In this document: piece after piece, positions 1 through 12,705 of the stretch
How positions within the stretch are numbered: position 1 is the first letter of the stretch
How the letters are laid out: every line of letters begins with the position of its first letter
The notes under the pieces: generated by a model
The model's input: the letters and a program-made list of their open reading frames with translations, nothing else
What the model was told of the DNA's origin: nothing
Database searches by the model: none
Made by a program: the position numbers and the translations under genes
Assembly: GCF_006345805.1 (NCBI RefSeq)
Contig: NC_042997.1
Location: 65,162,001-65,226,000, forward strand
Reading direction: 5' to 3'
Length of the DNA: 64,000 nt
Source of the DNA: Octopus sinensis
Taxonomy: Eukaryota

Positions 1-1992
1 AAAGAGTACTTTAATACAAATAAATTTGGAAGAGTATTTTCTAGGCCTCAAATGAAAGTTCAAGTTTTGATATGCAGCCTTTTCTAAGTCGAAGAGTTGC
101 ATTCGACTGTAGAAATCTTCAAAAATTGTGAGATCTATGCTTTCTAAAGGTCGTGGGAGAGTCACCTTTATAATGTTCATATCTTGGTGTGTTGGATACA
201 CCATTTCGTGAAATAAGTAGTAATTGTATGTAGGTGAAAAATCAGCAATGCAGCGATGTTGTTCCTAGTTATGTTTATTGATAATTGACACATTTTTCTT
301 CAAGTGGCTGTATATATAAATCCAGTGATCAGCACTCCTGTTTGTTTCATGGTTAATGAATGAAAGATTCTTTGGATATGGCACCAGCCAATCATTTATA
401 AAATATCGAGAACATGCTACAGATTCTAAAATTTCTTTTATAAAGTGATGCTTTCTGTCTGGTTAAACAAGAAAATATTTCCAGCTGATATATACTCTCA
501 AGCGGTGAATCTGACAAAGCGCTTACTCAAACATTTTAGCTGTGCTGTTTCACATAGTTACAGCGTATACAACAGCTGTCAACATACGTGCTTCCTACAA
601 CTTCAGAATGTCTCCGACACAGAGTTATGAATAATTAACGCTACCATAGTGTTAGCCATACACTAACGTTCTGGCGTAGAAGAAACCAATATTTAGATAA
701 TTTTTATAACTTATAATACAAAGATAGCTAAACGAATCTTTCTTATATATTATATACTTTTCATTCTTTTCAATGATGAATTGTGATTCACTAAAAAATA
801 TCGCAAAATTTTGTATTATTTCAGGAATATTTGCATTAACTTAATTAATTTTTTTTATTCAATTATACAGCTTATTGGTATTGAAAATAATTAGAAAACT
901 ATCTTAATCTCACGTTACACAAATTTCTTAGCTGAAGAAGGTGCATAACAGTACCTATTCAAAAACTATAATTATGTTTTATTCATTGATTTGTCACAGT
1001 TTTGTAATTCTGAAGTTGACGAATTTTTATGATTCTATAAAGCTATTTTACAATTTTCAGCGACATTGTGTGTGTGTTTGTGTGTGTGTCTGTTTGTGGG
1101 AATGTATATAAACATACATGTATATATGAATATGTATACGTATATGTGTGTGTGTGGGTATACCTATATATACGTTCATAGATATATGTATGCATATAAA
1201 TATGCATACATACAGATATGTAAATATATTGATAGATAGATATATACATACATGCATATAGTTACATATATACATACATGCATATAGTTACATATATACA
1301 TACATGAATATACATATATTCATTCATACATAGATGCATATATATACACGAATACATATATGCATACCTACATACACACACATACATGGATAGATACATA
1401 CGTACATACGTAAATACATAGACATACATACATGCGATACATATATATTTATCAAGTGTTACAAAATTATTACATGAATACTTCAGGTGTGTTGATTTAT
1501 TCACTCTATCACTGCCTTTGGACATGAAGCCAATATATTGATAGCATCATATGTTTAGCTCTTTCTGAGGTATTGAAAGCTTGCAAAATGCTGGAGGGAA
1601 AAGCTTTACAGGAGATAGATTCTCGTAAACAATCACAGACGCATATATACACAAACCACCCACTTATGTACATAATTAGACACCTATATTTGCATATACA
1701 TACATAAATACATATATACTAACACATATACACACATACACACACACGCACATATATATATATATTTATATATACATGTGTGTATGTGTCTATATACATG
1801 TATGTGTACGCTTATACGCATGAATGTTTACACACTTATGCATACATATGTATATAGGTATGTCTGTATATATGTGTATGTATATGTTTATGTTTTAATT
1901 ATATATATATATATACCTATATATATATGTATATATGTATACATATATACACGCATATACACACATAAATATATGAATATATATGTGTATAT

Positions 1993-2039
<47 letters not shown>

Positions 2040-2740
2040 TATATATGTATATGTATATATACATATTTATATACGTACTACATACATACATGCAGATATG
2101 AATAATACATGAATACATGCATATACACTGAGGCTAAATTTCTCTTTTTTCTGTTACAGACAAATGTAAATACATTCAGTTGGGAAAATATATTTCTGTG
2201 TATCAAAGACCAGGTGTTTGCCTCTTTTGCATTTATACCATGTTTTCTAAAATGCATAGATGTTGACTGAAATGCAGTAAACACTGGTGCAAAATAGTGT
2301 TAGTACACCAATAATATGTGTTTGTGACTATGTGTGAATATGTGCGTGTGTCTTTGTTCGCATATACCCTTATTTCACTACTGCATTGTAATAAATATCC
2401 ATGCCCTAAGAGATAAAGATGGACGATAAATTAAATGACTAACTAACCTCTTGATATTGATTATTTGTAGTAACTAATTTTATACACCAGAAAGGTCAAT
2501 CTCACAAACTTATTACATACTGTAAGTGACCATTTTATTTCAAGGTGTCACTATTGGAGTCACTATTGAAAATATCGATGAGAGTTGGAGGACTTAGAAT
2601 AAAATAACTTGTACAACTCCTGACACCATCTTCCGTAAGAGTTATATAGTCTTCGAAGCATTTACAAAAAGACAGACGTCACCTGAATCATCGAAAAGCT
2701 ATGTGCAGGGAAGGTATGTGATTGCATGTATATAGATGTA

Positions 2741-3061
2741 AGGCGTGTAGTTTAATGATCAAGACATTCGACTTACTATGCTAAAGTTGTGAGTTCGATT
2801 CCCGGTAGCGCGTTGTGTCCTTGAGCGTGACACTTTACTTCACGCAGCTCCAGTCAACTCAACTGGCAAAAATGAGTTTTACCTCTAATTCAAAGGGGCC
2901 AGCGTTGTCACATTTTGTGTTACGCTGAATCTGCTTGCGAACTACATTAAATGGTACGCTTATCTCTGAAGTGCTCAGCCACTCGCACGATAATTTCACG
3001 AGCAATCTATTCCGTTGATCGAATCAACTACAACCCACGTCATCATAACAGAGAGAGCACC
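2741..3061 (+). mobile_element. tRNA-derived SINE, diverged (same family as 20221-20538)
   Basis: tRNA-like head with B box (GAGTTCGATTCCC), central TGTGTCCTTGAGC..GACACTT motif; aligns by eye with the reverse complement of 20221-20538. Confidence 0.8.
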
Positions 3062-3775
3062 TGTTTTAATAGGCTCTACAGAGAAATCAGAAGTTACCCA
3101 ATTAATTTTCAGTTATTATTCTATGTTATTCTAACTTTGTTATTATTCTAACTTCTTACTCAATAGCTTTGAAATAAAAAAAAAATCAATGTCAAAACCC
3201 ATTTTCCTTTCCGCTACTGAAAAACAAACCAGTGGCTAAAGATATGTGTACAATAGCTCAAACTGTGTGCGCGATGTGAAAGCACTCACTGCTACAGCTG
3301 CATCTTTGCATTTTGATAAGATGTAAGTACAACACGTTAGTAATTATTTCCTCGATAAAACTTAAATGTAATTTAAATAAATATGTTTTGATTAGGAATT
3401 CAAGTAATTGTTTTAATTTCTTTTCATCATTGCACTTTCTATCCTGTTCCTCTTTCTTACATCTCCGAGTCTTCATCTGTCTGTCAATTTCTAACCTATC
3501 TTATCTACCGCTTTGAATATTACTCAATTTCTCTGTCTCACACTTCTTTCTTGTTGCACATTATTGACTCTGTCTTTCAGTATTGAGAGAGAAATGGGAT
3601 TCTTATGTGATTGAGGGTTATGGGTGTGCATGTATGTGTACGTATATGCGCATGTATGTATGCATACTGATACATATGATTTTATATATGTATATATGAA
3701 TATATATATTCATGTATGGGTATATTTGTACATAGGTATGTTTGTATGTATGTCCGCGTCTGTGTGTGTTCATAT

Positions 3776-4578
3776 TGTAAGAAGTAAGATCACATGCGGT
3801 CGTATCGTGCCGGGAATACGGTCGCATGCGGCTCTACTCTTAACGAAATCAATACAAGCCATAAAATACACACAACGACAATAGGACATAAGTGAATTGA
3901 CACAAGTCTTCTGTTGGTAGATAAATATTATTTATTTACATATTTTACAATCATGCTGATGTTGGAAGTTTGTAAGTGTTAGCATGTTTGTGTCTGTGTG
4001 TTCGTGAGGCATAAAAGGTACTGACCATAGGATTAACCACGGAACTCGGTTTACAGTTCATGTTGTTTGTATCAGTATAGCACAGGTAGAAGCAGAAACA
4101 ATCGCCTATCTCTAAGTTGAGCAGCAAGCAGAAACAATCGCATATCTCTAAGTTGAGCAATAGGTGGCCTAAGTTAGTTCTTAGAAGAACTAGAACCCAA
4201 GACAAAAATGCCTGTGAAAACTGGTTTATATACTATTTGGTTGGCTCACCGAACTCCAGAAAACGGAATTTTAACCGAAGGTCTTGATTGGTTGATTCCC
4301 GATTGGCGCGAAATAAGTCGAGACAATTCGCGTCACGTGTCAACCAGTGGCGCGGACTATGCGGGGACCCTCGTGTCATATGTCCACCAGTGGTGCGAAC
4401 TACGCAGGGACCCTCGTGTCACACGTCAACCAATCAAGTTAGTGTTTAGAAAAAGAACAAGTTGGCCAAAGATGGTTGTAAGCTCAAACGAGATTATTTC
4501 TGCTTTGCCGTTCACACCGTGAAGATATTAGATATCGCCATAGTCATATAACAAAGTGGCTGAAACTGCCACGCTACA
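3776..4578 (-). mobile_element. Solo LTR (~803 bp), probably Ty3/Gypsy-type
   Basis: TGTA...TACA termini; ATAT TSD at 3772-3775 and 4579-4582; minus-strand TATA-like motif (~4223-4235) upstream of AATAAA (~3930); internal tandem repeats at ~4090-4160 and ~4340-4421. Confidence 0.8.
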
Positions 4579-5429
4579 ATATGTTTTAATCTACTTCTAT
4601 ATAATTCCATAGGAACATTGTAATTTATAATTGTAATCATTACTGTCCAGCTTGAAGTTATTTATTCAACTACATAGAAACTGACAGTGTAAAATCTACA
4701 TTCTCGTTAATATGTGTCTTTCATTTCAAAATCCTATTTCAAATTATAATTCTAGTTTAGCTTGTCATAAAAAATATAAAATGTTTTAGTAAGTGATAAA
4801 AATTATTTTGTGGCTTAAATACATTATGCTCATTTAATCAAAGATGACTTTTTGACAGTTCAAATTTCGCATCTTTATTCTTGTCTTTTCGTCTGGGGTG
4901 GATGTTGCCTTTGTTGAGACATGCGTAAAGTAACTAATATCTAGTAGCACTTGTCTTTGCTCATTCATTCAATGATTAGACACAACGCACAATTTATACA
5001 CTATTCCAACTGCATTGTCTATGTCTCTTAATGATACGCTACAGAACAATTTAAAGGGATACACGATGCAAAAGATTTCCTGTTAGAAGAAATGCGGGAT
5101 TCGAGTAATTCTATGTAAAGCACGGAGAGAGGTTATGCGTATTTCCTCAAAAGTAGTTAACTAGAACATTTTCATTTGTACATCTCATAGATCATACTTT
5201 TCAGTGGCTATCTGTTGGTAAATATGTTATTTGATGTTTTGTCTAAGTAAATGTGTGTTTCTCTTAGTACTTGCATATTTGAGACCACATGTAAATATAT
5301 AAATAACTTGCTGTCGTAGTGTGAAAGTCCTTTGCAATTATAACATATGTGCACAATCTTCAAATAGTAGGACATTGGTGCCATCTAAGGTTGATTAGCT
5401 TGCATCATATGGGTATATTATTAATGTCT

Positions 5430-5940
5430 ATTTCTTTATTGCCCATAGGGAAAAACAAGGATAGGCAAACGGACTAAGTCGATTACATCGACCCCAGTGC
5501 GTAACGGCAGACGAAATACCTATTTCTTTACTACCCACAAGGGGCTAAACACAGAGAGGACAAACAAGGACAGACAAACGAATTAAGTCGATTATATCGA
5601 CCCCAGTGCGTAACTGGTACTTATTTATTTAATCGACCCCGAAAGGATGGAAGGCGAAGTCGACCTCGGTGGAATTTGAACTCAGAACGTAGCGGCAGAC
5701 GAAATACCTATTTCGTTACTACCCACAAGGGACTAAACACAGAGAGGAGAAACAAAGACAGACAAATGGATTAAGTCGATTACATTGACCCAAGTGCGTA
5801 ACTGGTACTTATTTTATGGATCTCGAAAGGATGAAAGGCAAAGTCGATCTCGGCGGAATTTGAACTCAGAACGTAAAAGCAGACGAAATACCTCTAAGCA
5901 TTTCGCCCGGCGTGCTAACGATTCTGCCAGCTCGCCTCCC
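5430..5940 (-). mobile_element. tRNA-derived SINE with tandemly reiterated 3' portion
   Basis: Minus-strand head GGCGAGCTGGCAGAATCGTTAGCACG...GAGTTCAAATTCC; TTTGCCTTTCATCCTTTCG core; body and tail repeated about three times, units joined at GACGAAATACC|TATTTC. Confidence 0.8.
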
Positions 5941-7498
5941 TAATATTATTAATATTGACGTTGTATTATATTGAAGACATACTATGCTTAATCATCGCAC
6001 AGGCATGGAAGCTGTAAGAAGAGGAATTCGGAAACTACAGTGGGCAAGAGTATAAAGTTTTCAGAGGAATTGGTTAAAATAATTCTGACATCACTATTAT
6101 ATTTTATTCGTGTTTAAGAAATTTTACGCTGTACCTTGTTTGAAGTAACTGCAGACGTATAAAAACTGAACTCCCTATGAACCAAATTTTATACTAGGAA
6201 TTTGATAAGATGTTTTTTTTTAATTTTAACACATATATTAAATATTCCTTTAGTTTGGAAAACTTATCATTTGTTGTTTTGGATACTGGAGGTCATTATG
6301 AAGTAAACATTTTATCAAAACAAAAAAAAAAGGAGACGGTAGTTAGGCATCACAGTAAATGAGGGCCAGCTGTTCAGGGAAATTGCAATAAGTGAAACAT
6401 TCAAAATTGACTATAAGACTAAATTTTTTATGAAAATATATACAGACTGGAGCTATTAAGACATTACTGTACATTTTAGACGAAAAAGGAAGGATGATAT
6501 GTTTTTATTTTTACATAGACATTAATTGCTTTTATTTTCGCTTTAACTTGGTTGATATACCATGCTCTATTTATGATACCTACCCACACTCTAAGTGAAA
6601 AATTAAGCAATTTCAACGCCTGTAGAAATGCTATTTCTCGTTATTTTTCTAGCAGGATAAGCGACCACATACTGGAGTTTTCTATTTTTGCAATATAAAA
6701 TTGTAGGCAAAATTGTTTATAAATATAAAAGGTAGAGATAGGGAAGCAAAGCAAAAGAGACAGAGGACTAAAGTAAGACATAAACATTCCGTGACCTCTC
6801 TTCTCTTATGAAAGGAGTAGCACGTACAGTAATTTGGTTTCTACAGAGATAATGATTGACTTCAGTTTCCCCGATTACTAAAATGTTACCTGTTGCTCGC
6901 CGCTTTCAGACTTATTTATTTTATAAATCATTTAAAGAGTTCTACAAATGTTAACATAGCAACACTTCTTTGTTCATAAAGATGTAATTATATGTAATTC
7001 CCATTTTCAGTGACATAATGTGCTTTTTGTTTTGTATTCCAAATCAATTTTCTGCGTTAAAATAATCGATTTAAAATGAAAATGTAATTTCTTAATAAGT
7101 ATGACGACAGCAGAGTACAACAATGCTTAATCGTCCTGGAATTATTTGGAGTGTACACAGTTATGTATGTACACAACATATGCTATAATCTTTACATTTA
7201 AACTGCACACGGTACATCATACACACAATGTGGCATGTATACATTATAGCATGTACAAGTTATTATATTGCTGTATTCGCTAAAACTTAAATTAGAGATT
7301 ATTTTAAGTAATAGACTAAATAGAATACACAAATATACTATTATAATTATACTTTTATACTTGGATACATGCACAAATATTTGCACTTACACAAATAATA
7401 AACATAAACTGAAGAGAGAGGGAGAGAGAGATGGAGAGAGAGGGAGGGGAGAGAGACGGGGGAGAAATACAAAGATAGAGCGACAAATAAATAGATAT

Positions 7499-7580
7499 GT
7501 TTCTTTATTAGCCACACAGGGCTGCACACAGATAGAACAAATTACAAGGTAGAGCCTTTCTTTTGAAGGTTTAAAAAAAA

Positions 7581-7611
<31 letters not shown>

Positions 7612-8501
7612 TAAAAAATAAAATAAAATAAAAAAGGGGGGGTCGATCAAAAGGGATCGTAAAAGGAGAGAAGGAGGACAAAAAAAGGGGGGGGTTAAAA
7701 AAAAAGGGGGAGAGGAAAAAAAATTGATCAATAGGGATCGTTATCACAGAAATGTCAATATGAAGTGTAAAGGGGAGGACAGGTGAGGTTTACCCGTGGA
7801 AAGAAAAGCCTACGGAAAAGACCACGGTAACCTCGGTCAATGAAGTCACATGTTATATTTCTTTTTTTTTTTTTTGCAAATAAGCAACTCTCTGTATTAA
7901 TTTTTACGGTTCATAGAATCATAGTCAAGGTGGCTTCGTCATTCATACGTGCCATCCTTGCTACATTCACCCATCTTTTTTTAAAACATTCACTAGACAA
8001 AACTTGCCTCTCTACTCTCACTTTTTTCTTCAAGTGATACTTGAAGAAGTTGATGAGAGATTGACCAGAGAGGAAAGTGTTTGTCTCTAATCCTTTCAGA
8101 CGCGTCCACCAGATACATTCTTTCGCCATAGCCACAAGTATGATAAAAATAGCTCTTCCTTCCCGTTTGAAGGAAGGAGGCGTGACGATATTAACGATAG
8201 ACTCGGCGGATAAACCGACACGTCCCACACGTGACAGCAGTCGTTCGACATAAGCCCACAGGTGGGAAATTGCTGGACACTGCACGATTGCGTGCAGAGC
8301 GGTTTCGTCGCTCTGCCCGCATCTCGGGCAGGTCGGCCCCGTGTTTCTCGAGCCATGCCTATAGAGCTTATCCCGAACGGGTAGCGCTTCTCGGTAGCAC
8401 CGCCAGGCCAGGGATCTCTGGAAGTTGTCCATAGGTCCCGGGCCGAAAGTCGTTTGAAACAGGCGGGTCAGGTATTCCTCGTCGACGCCCAGGTTTGCCA
8501 T
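7499..8501 (-). mobile_element. 5'-truncated L1/Tx1-clade LINE: ORF2 C-terminus (zf-RVT/CCHC region) plus 3' UTR
   Basis: Open ORF 7911-8501: FQRSLAWRCYREALPVRDKL...CPRCGQSDETALHAIVQC; 3' UTR ends AATAAAGAAAC; TAAATAGATA duplicated at 7488-7497 and 8501-8510. Confidence 0.85.
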
Positions 8502-8503
8502 AA

Positions 8504-8560
<57 letters not shown>

Positions 8561-8659
8561 AAGGCAGAGAGAGTGGGGTAGAGATATAAACAGTTATGCA
8601 TAATGAAAATTCCTATATATGGAAGCATGCATATGTATATATTTACACAGATATGAAGG

Positions 8660-9523
8660 TACTAATTGACGTACCCAGTAGTTCCCAGAAAAGCGGGACT
8701 TATCATTTCGTTCCGCTCTTATAATTGTTTCGCTAATCCAATAACAACAATACAATTTATATAACCCTCAAAACGTTTTTGTTTGACAGTTACAGAGAAT
8801 ATCGAACTGTCTTATACAGGATCTTATTTTTAGGAATTCCCAATAAGTTATGAATACCCAGGCTGGGATGTCAGTTACGTAATAACATGAATTTAGTTAC
8901 CCGATAGTAAGAATTGAAATAAAGTAGGCCTGAAAATGGTTCTAATGCGTTCCCAGAGTATATAGTACTTGGGAGGATATACCAATAAGGTATGTGTAAT
9001 AAAATCGCGAAGTATGTTACGTAATCTCAGGCTAATCAGATAGGAGATAATAACAATTCAAAGTAAATAACTCTGAAAGGGCTTTTGTACGTTCTCAGAG
9101 AATATTAGCCTCAAGGGCGTTAGTGTTGGTATATTCATGAATAAGTCACTAACCGAAATAAAACGATCTATTGTTTAGGAAAATACTATTTACTTGTTTA
9201 AGGTTTGTACTGGATAAATTACGAAAATAACTAACAGTTCAAATACAAAGAAATAAGCATACCAAATTTGATGTATACCAAATAATAGAGGAAAATGATT
9301 GGGTTATTTCCCTTGGCTGTGAAAATAAAATATATTAGTCATATATAATGATCTCTTCCAAGGGACTTATTATCGATTCTTTTCAGCAATCTGAGTATGC
9401 CATGAGGCTTCCAGACATGATTTCCACTCACGCGTCAAGTTTCATCGTAATCGATAAAACGATGAAGGAGTAGTTAGCTAACAACTCTGCAAACAGATAG
9501 AATGTCCCACATATGTAGTAGAT
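8660..9523 (+). mobile_element. Possible non-autonomous Helitron/Helentron-associated (HINE/DINE-like) element
   Basis: Starts TACTAATTGACGTACCC; end has AAGTTTCATCGTAATCG...GGAGTAGTTAG...ACAGATAG...TAGAT, a layout recalled from HINE-type elements; no coding capacity. Confidence 0.4.
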
Positions 9524-9789
9524 GCATAGACAAACACTTTTCCCACACACACAGATACCGCAAAATCTTTAATAGACAGAATTTAACTTTGTGCTACTCA
9601 ACAACACATAAGTTAGTGCAAACGATAGATACCCTAAATAAGAGAAAATTAAATCCCAGGAAAGTCAGATCTACTTAATAATCTAGATATACCTACTTAC
9701 CTCAACCAGGCTCGGAATACAGGAGATGCTAACGGTCAGTAGTCACTCAACAACACAGCACTTCTCTCAACGATTCCTGTAAAACCGGG

Positions 9790-10480
9790 GGCATCTAATA
9801 AGACCTCGCCTATGCAAAACCCCACAAGGCATTGTAACTGTCGTTGAACCCTTCCAGATGTTCTCTGGACAACCAGTGCCTCAGGAAGAATATAGCTTAT
9901 AGGAGCATTGTAACCGCCGACAGTAATATCTTCCACTACATAGGACCTGCAGCTCCCCCAATTTACACAGAGATTTTATAATCATCTCCACTCATTTAAG
10001 ATATTTAATAAGCGTAAGTCCACATTGCTGACTAAGTTAGTTTGGCACTTAAAATTAAAGAGAATGCCATACGTGATTTCTTAGTCTGTGTTGACGTCTG
10101 CACTCCACTACACTGGAGGAGAGGGAGTACAAAATTTGCATAGTCGAGGCCTTCCAGATATTAAAAATCGAGGTAACATTATTAACAAAAAAAAAGTGTT
10201 GATAGGGTGTCTGCAAAAAAGACACAGGACCTTCGCAAAATTCAGATGGTGTAGTCCGCCTCCCCACTCAGTCCTCTTACCTAGGACGTATGTTCACCTC
10301 GAGTTATATACATCTCAAATATGCAGGCATACATAGTTTCTACAGAATTTGTTCATCTTAAATATTTCTTTCCGCTACTTCGTGTCCCTTACCTTAAGTA
10401 CCTGCTTTTTCTATATCCTTTATTTTCACCTCCTATACCCTACATTAGTCTGGCCCTTGGCATGCTATTTATTTATTTAT
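9790..10480 (+). mobile_element. Penelope-like element remnant: decayed GIY-YIG endonuclease plus 3' region
   Basis: Frameshifted translation: HCNCR..RCSLDNQCLRKNIAYRSIVTADSNIFHYIGPAA..FTQRFYNHLHSFKIFNKRKSTLLTKLVWHLKLKRMPYVIS*SVL..YKICIVEAFQILK. Confidence 0.75.
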
Positions 10481-10531
10481 ATAAACAATTGTGTATGTAA
10501 ATGTGTATATGCGATACTTGCTGGTGAGATA

Positions 10532-10611
<80 letters not shown>

Positions 10612-10637
10612 CATACATACATACATACATACATACA

Positions 10638-10673
<36 letters not shown>

Positions 10674-10704
10674 TATATTATATATATATATATATATACA
10701 TACA

Positions 10705-11992
10705 CAGGGTGGGTGAAAATTAAATAGGCATTAAAAATTGGTAATAAAATCCATACTCCTTTTACAAATTTCATGAAAGAAATTATGTTCTTTATTACAG
10801 GAGAAAATGAGACTAAATCTTCCTATTTCAGCATTAGCACCGGTGGCGTCACCTAGTTTCCTCAAACGGCCAAGGATGGAATGAACCACCTTCTGAAGGA
10901 CATCGTCTGGGATATCATTGTGAACATCCTGAATCCCTGTCTCTACGTCCTCCAGTGGGCGAGTTTTTGTCTTGTACACATCCTGTTTTGTGTAAAAACC
11001 TCACAGGTAAAAATCACATGGAGTGAGACCTCGACTTCTTGGAAGCCAGTCATGAGGTCCGCATCGTCCTCTCCAAAGTCCTGGAAAATGTTGGTCAAAC
11101 TACGCACGCAGTGTAAGAGCAAATTGGGGTGATGCACCGTCCTACATGAATATCAGGTTACAAATTTTATCCCAGCCAGACACCGTGGGCCACATGTAAT
11201 TTTCGAGCATCTGAAGATAGCGGTCCGTATTCATGACGTCACGCAGATGATATGGTCCGACGACTCTTGTTGCCGCCACTCCGCACCACAGGGTCACTTT
11301 TAGTTGAGCTTGCATCCTATCAACCGTCATTTTCGGATCTTTATCACACAACTCTCAGTAATGGCACTTGTGACGATTGATCAAACAACCAACAGCCTCG
11401 TCATCCCAGAGGATGTTTTAAACACTTCACGTCAATTTTCACGCCAACCTAGCATTACCTCACCATATTCCATTTTGCCGTCACTTTCTCCGGGTTTTAG
11501 CTCCTACTTTTAATGGGGTTTCCACCGACGAAACCTCAATTATTTATACAATACCGTACGTATTGTGTGTCTTCTGAGTCCACTTTCATGAGCTGTTTGA
11601 CGTGTTGATTTTTTGGGGGCTGCGATTAAACATTTCTTGCACTGTTGCCACGTTCTCCGTTGATTGGAATGTGCTTGGACGGCCACTTCTAGCATCGTTC
11701 ACTGAGCCTATGGTCATCAGCTTTGCGTGACAACTTTTTACTTTCTACAGACGTAGAGTTGCATGCTCAACTTTCCATGAACGCCACCATCTCTGAACCA
11801 AAACAATGGCGTTCCACACTTCATAACATGCTGCTGCCTCAGCTCACTCCCGAAAGGTCAAGCCATCTGGAAATAAGAAATAAGACAATAAGAAAGTAAA
11901 AATCCTCATTAGTGATGTCTGTGTAAAAAATATTTTTGTCATGACTTCAGTGATACAAATTTCTAATAACAAGTTACTTTCCTCCCACCCTG
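10705..11992 (-). mobile_element. Full-length decayed Tc1/mariner-superfamily transposon, DD41D (rosa/VS) type
   Basis: Imperfect TIRs starting CAGGGTGGG, set in TA-rich runs; transposase remnants RSGRPST, KVTLWCGV, and *DGASPQF...WLPRSRGLTPCDFYL*G with 41 residues between the 2nd and 3rd Asp; multiple stops. Confidence 0.85.
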
Positions 11993-12000
11993 TATATATC

Positions 12001-12037
<37 letters not shown>

Positions 12038-12321
12038 ATATATACACTCACTTTTTACTTCACTATGTCCCTGTCATTTTTTCTCGCCCCCCTCTACTTC
12101 TGTCCATCTGCTTCTACAACCCTCTATCTGCTTTTGTTTCTCTTTTTCTCTCTTCCCACATGACGATAGCTCAAACTGCTAGCCCCATCTTTTTGCGTTT
12201 GACTGTGGTCACTGCAAAATAGATATTCTTCTCTGTGTTTGTGAAAGTCTTGTATCTCTGCCGTAAGGCTTCATTTCCACACACACCAGCTGAATCCAAT
12301 TCGCTCCAGTCAAAAGATACG

Positions 12322-12705
<384 letters not shown>

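Noticed and set aside
1043-2118. ORFs rich in Y/I/C/V/H/T, and similar ORFs throughout (poly-I, poly-L, LSIY repeats)
   Set aside because: They are translations of stop-free microsatellites, not genes.
2545-2713. Exon-like segment TTTCAAG|...AAG|GTATGT
   Set aside because: All three frames contain stops and no homology was recognised; a noncoding exon cannot be excluded.
9695-9947. Minus-strand exon candidate with a strong GAG|GTAAGT donor
   Set aside because: Stops occur before the donor; the region is better explained as the antisense of a PLE endonuclease remnant.
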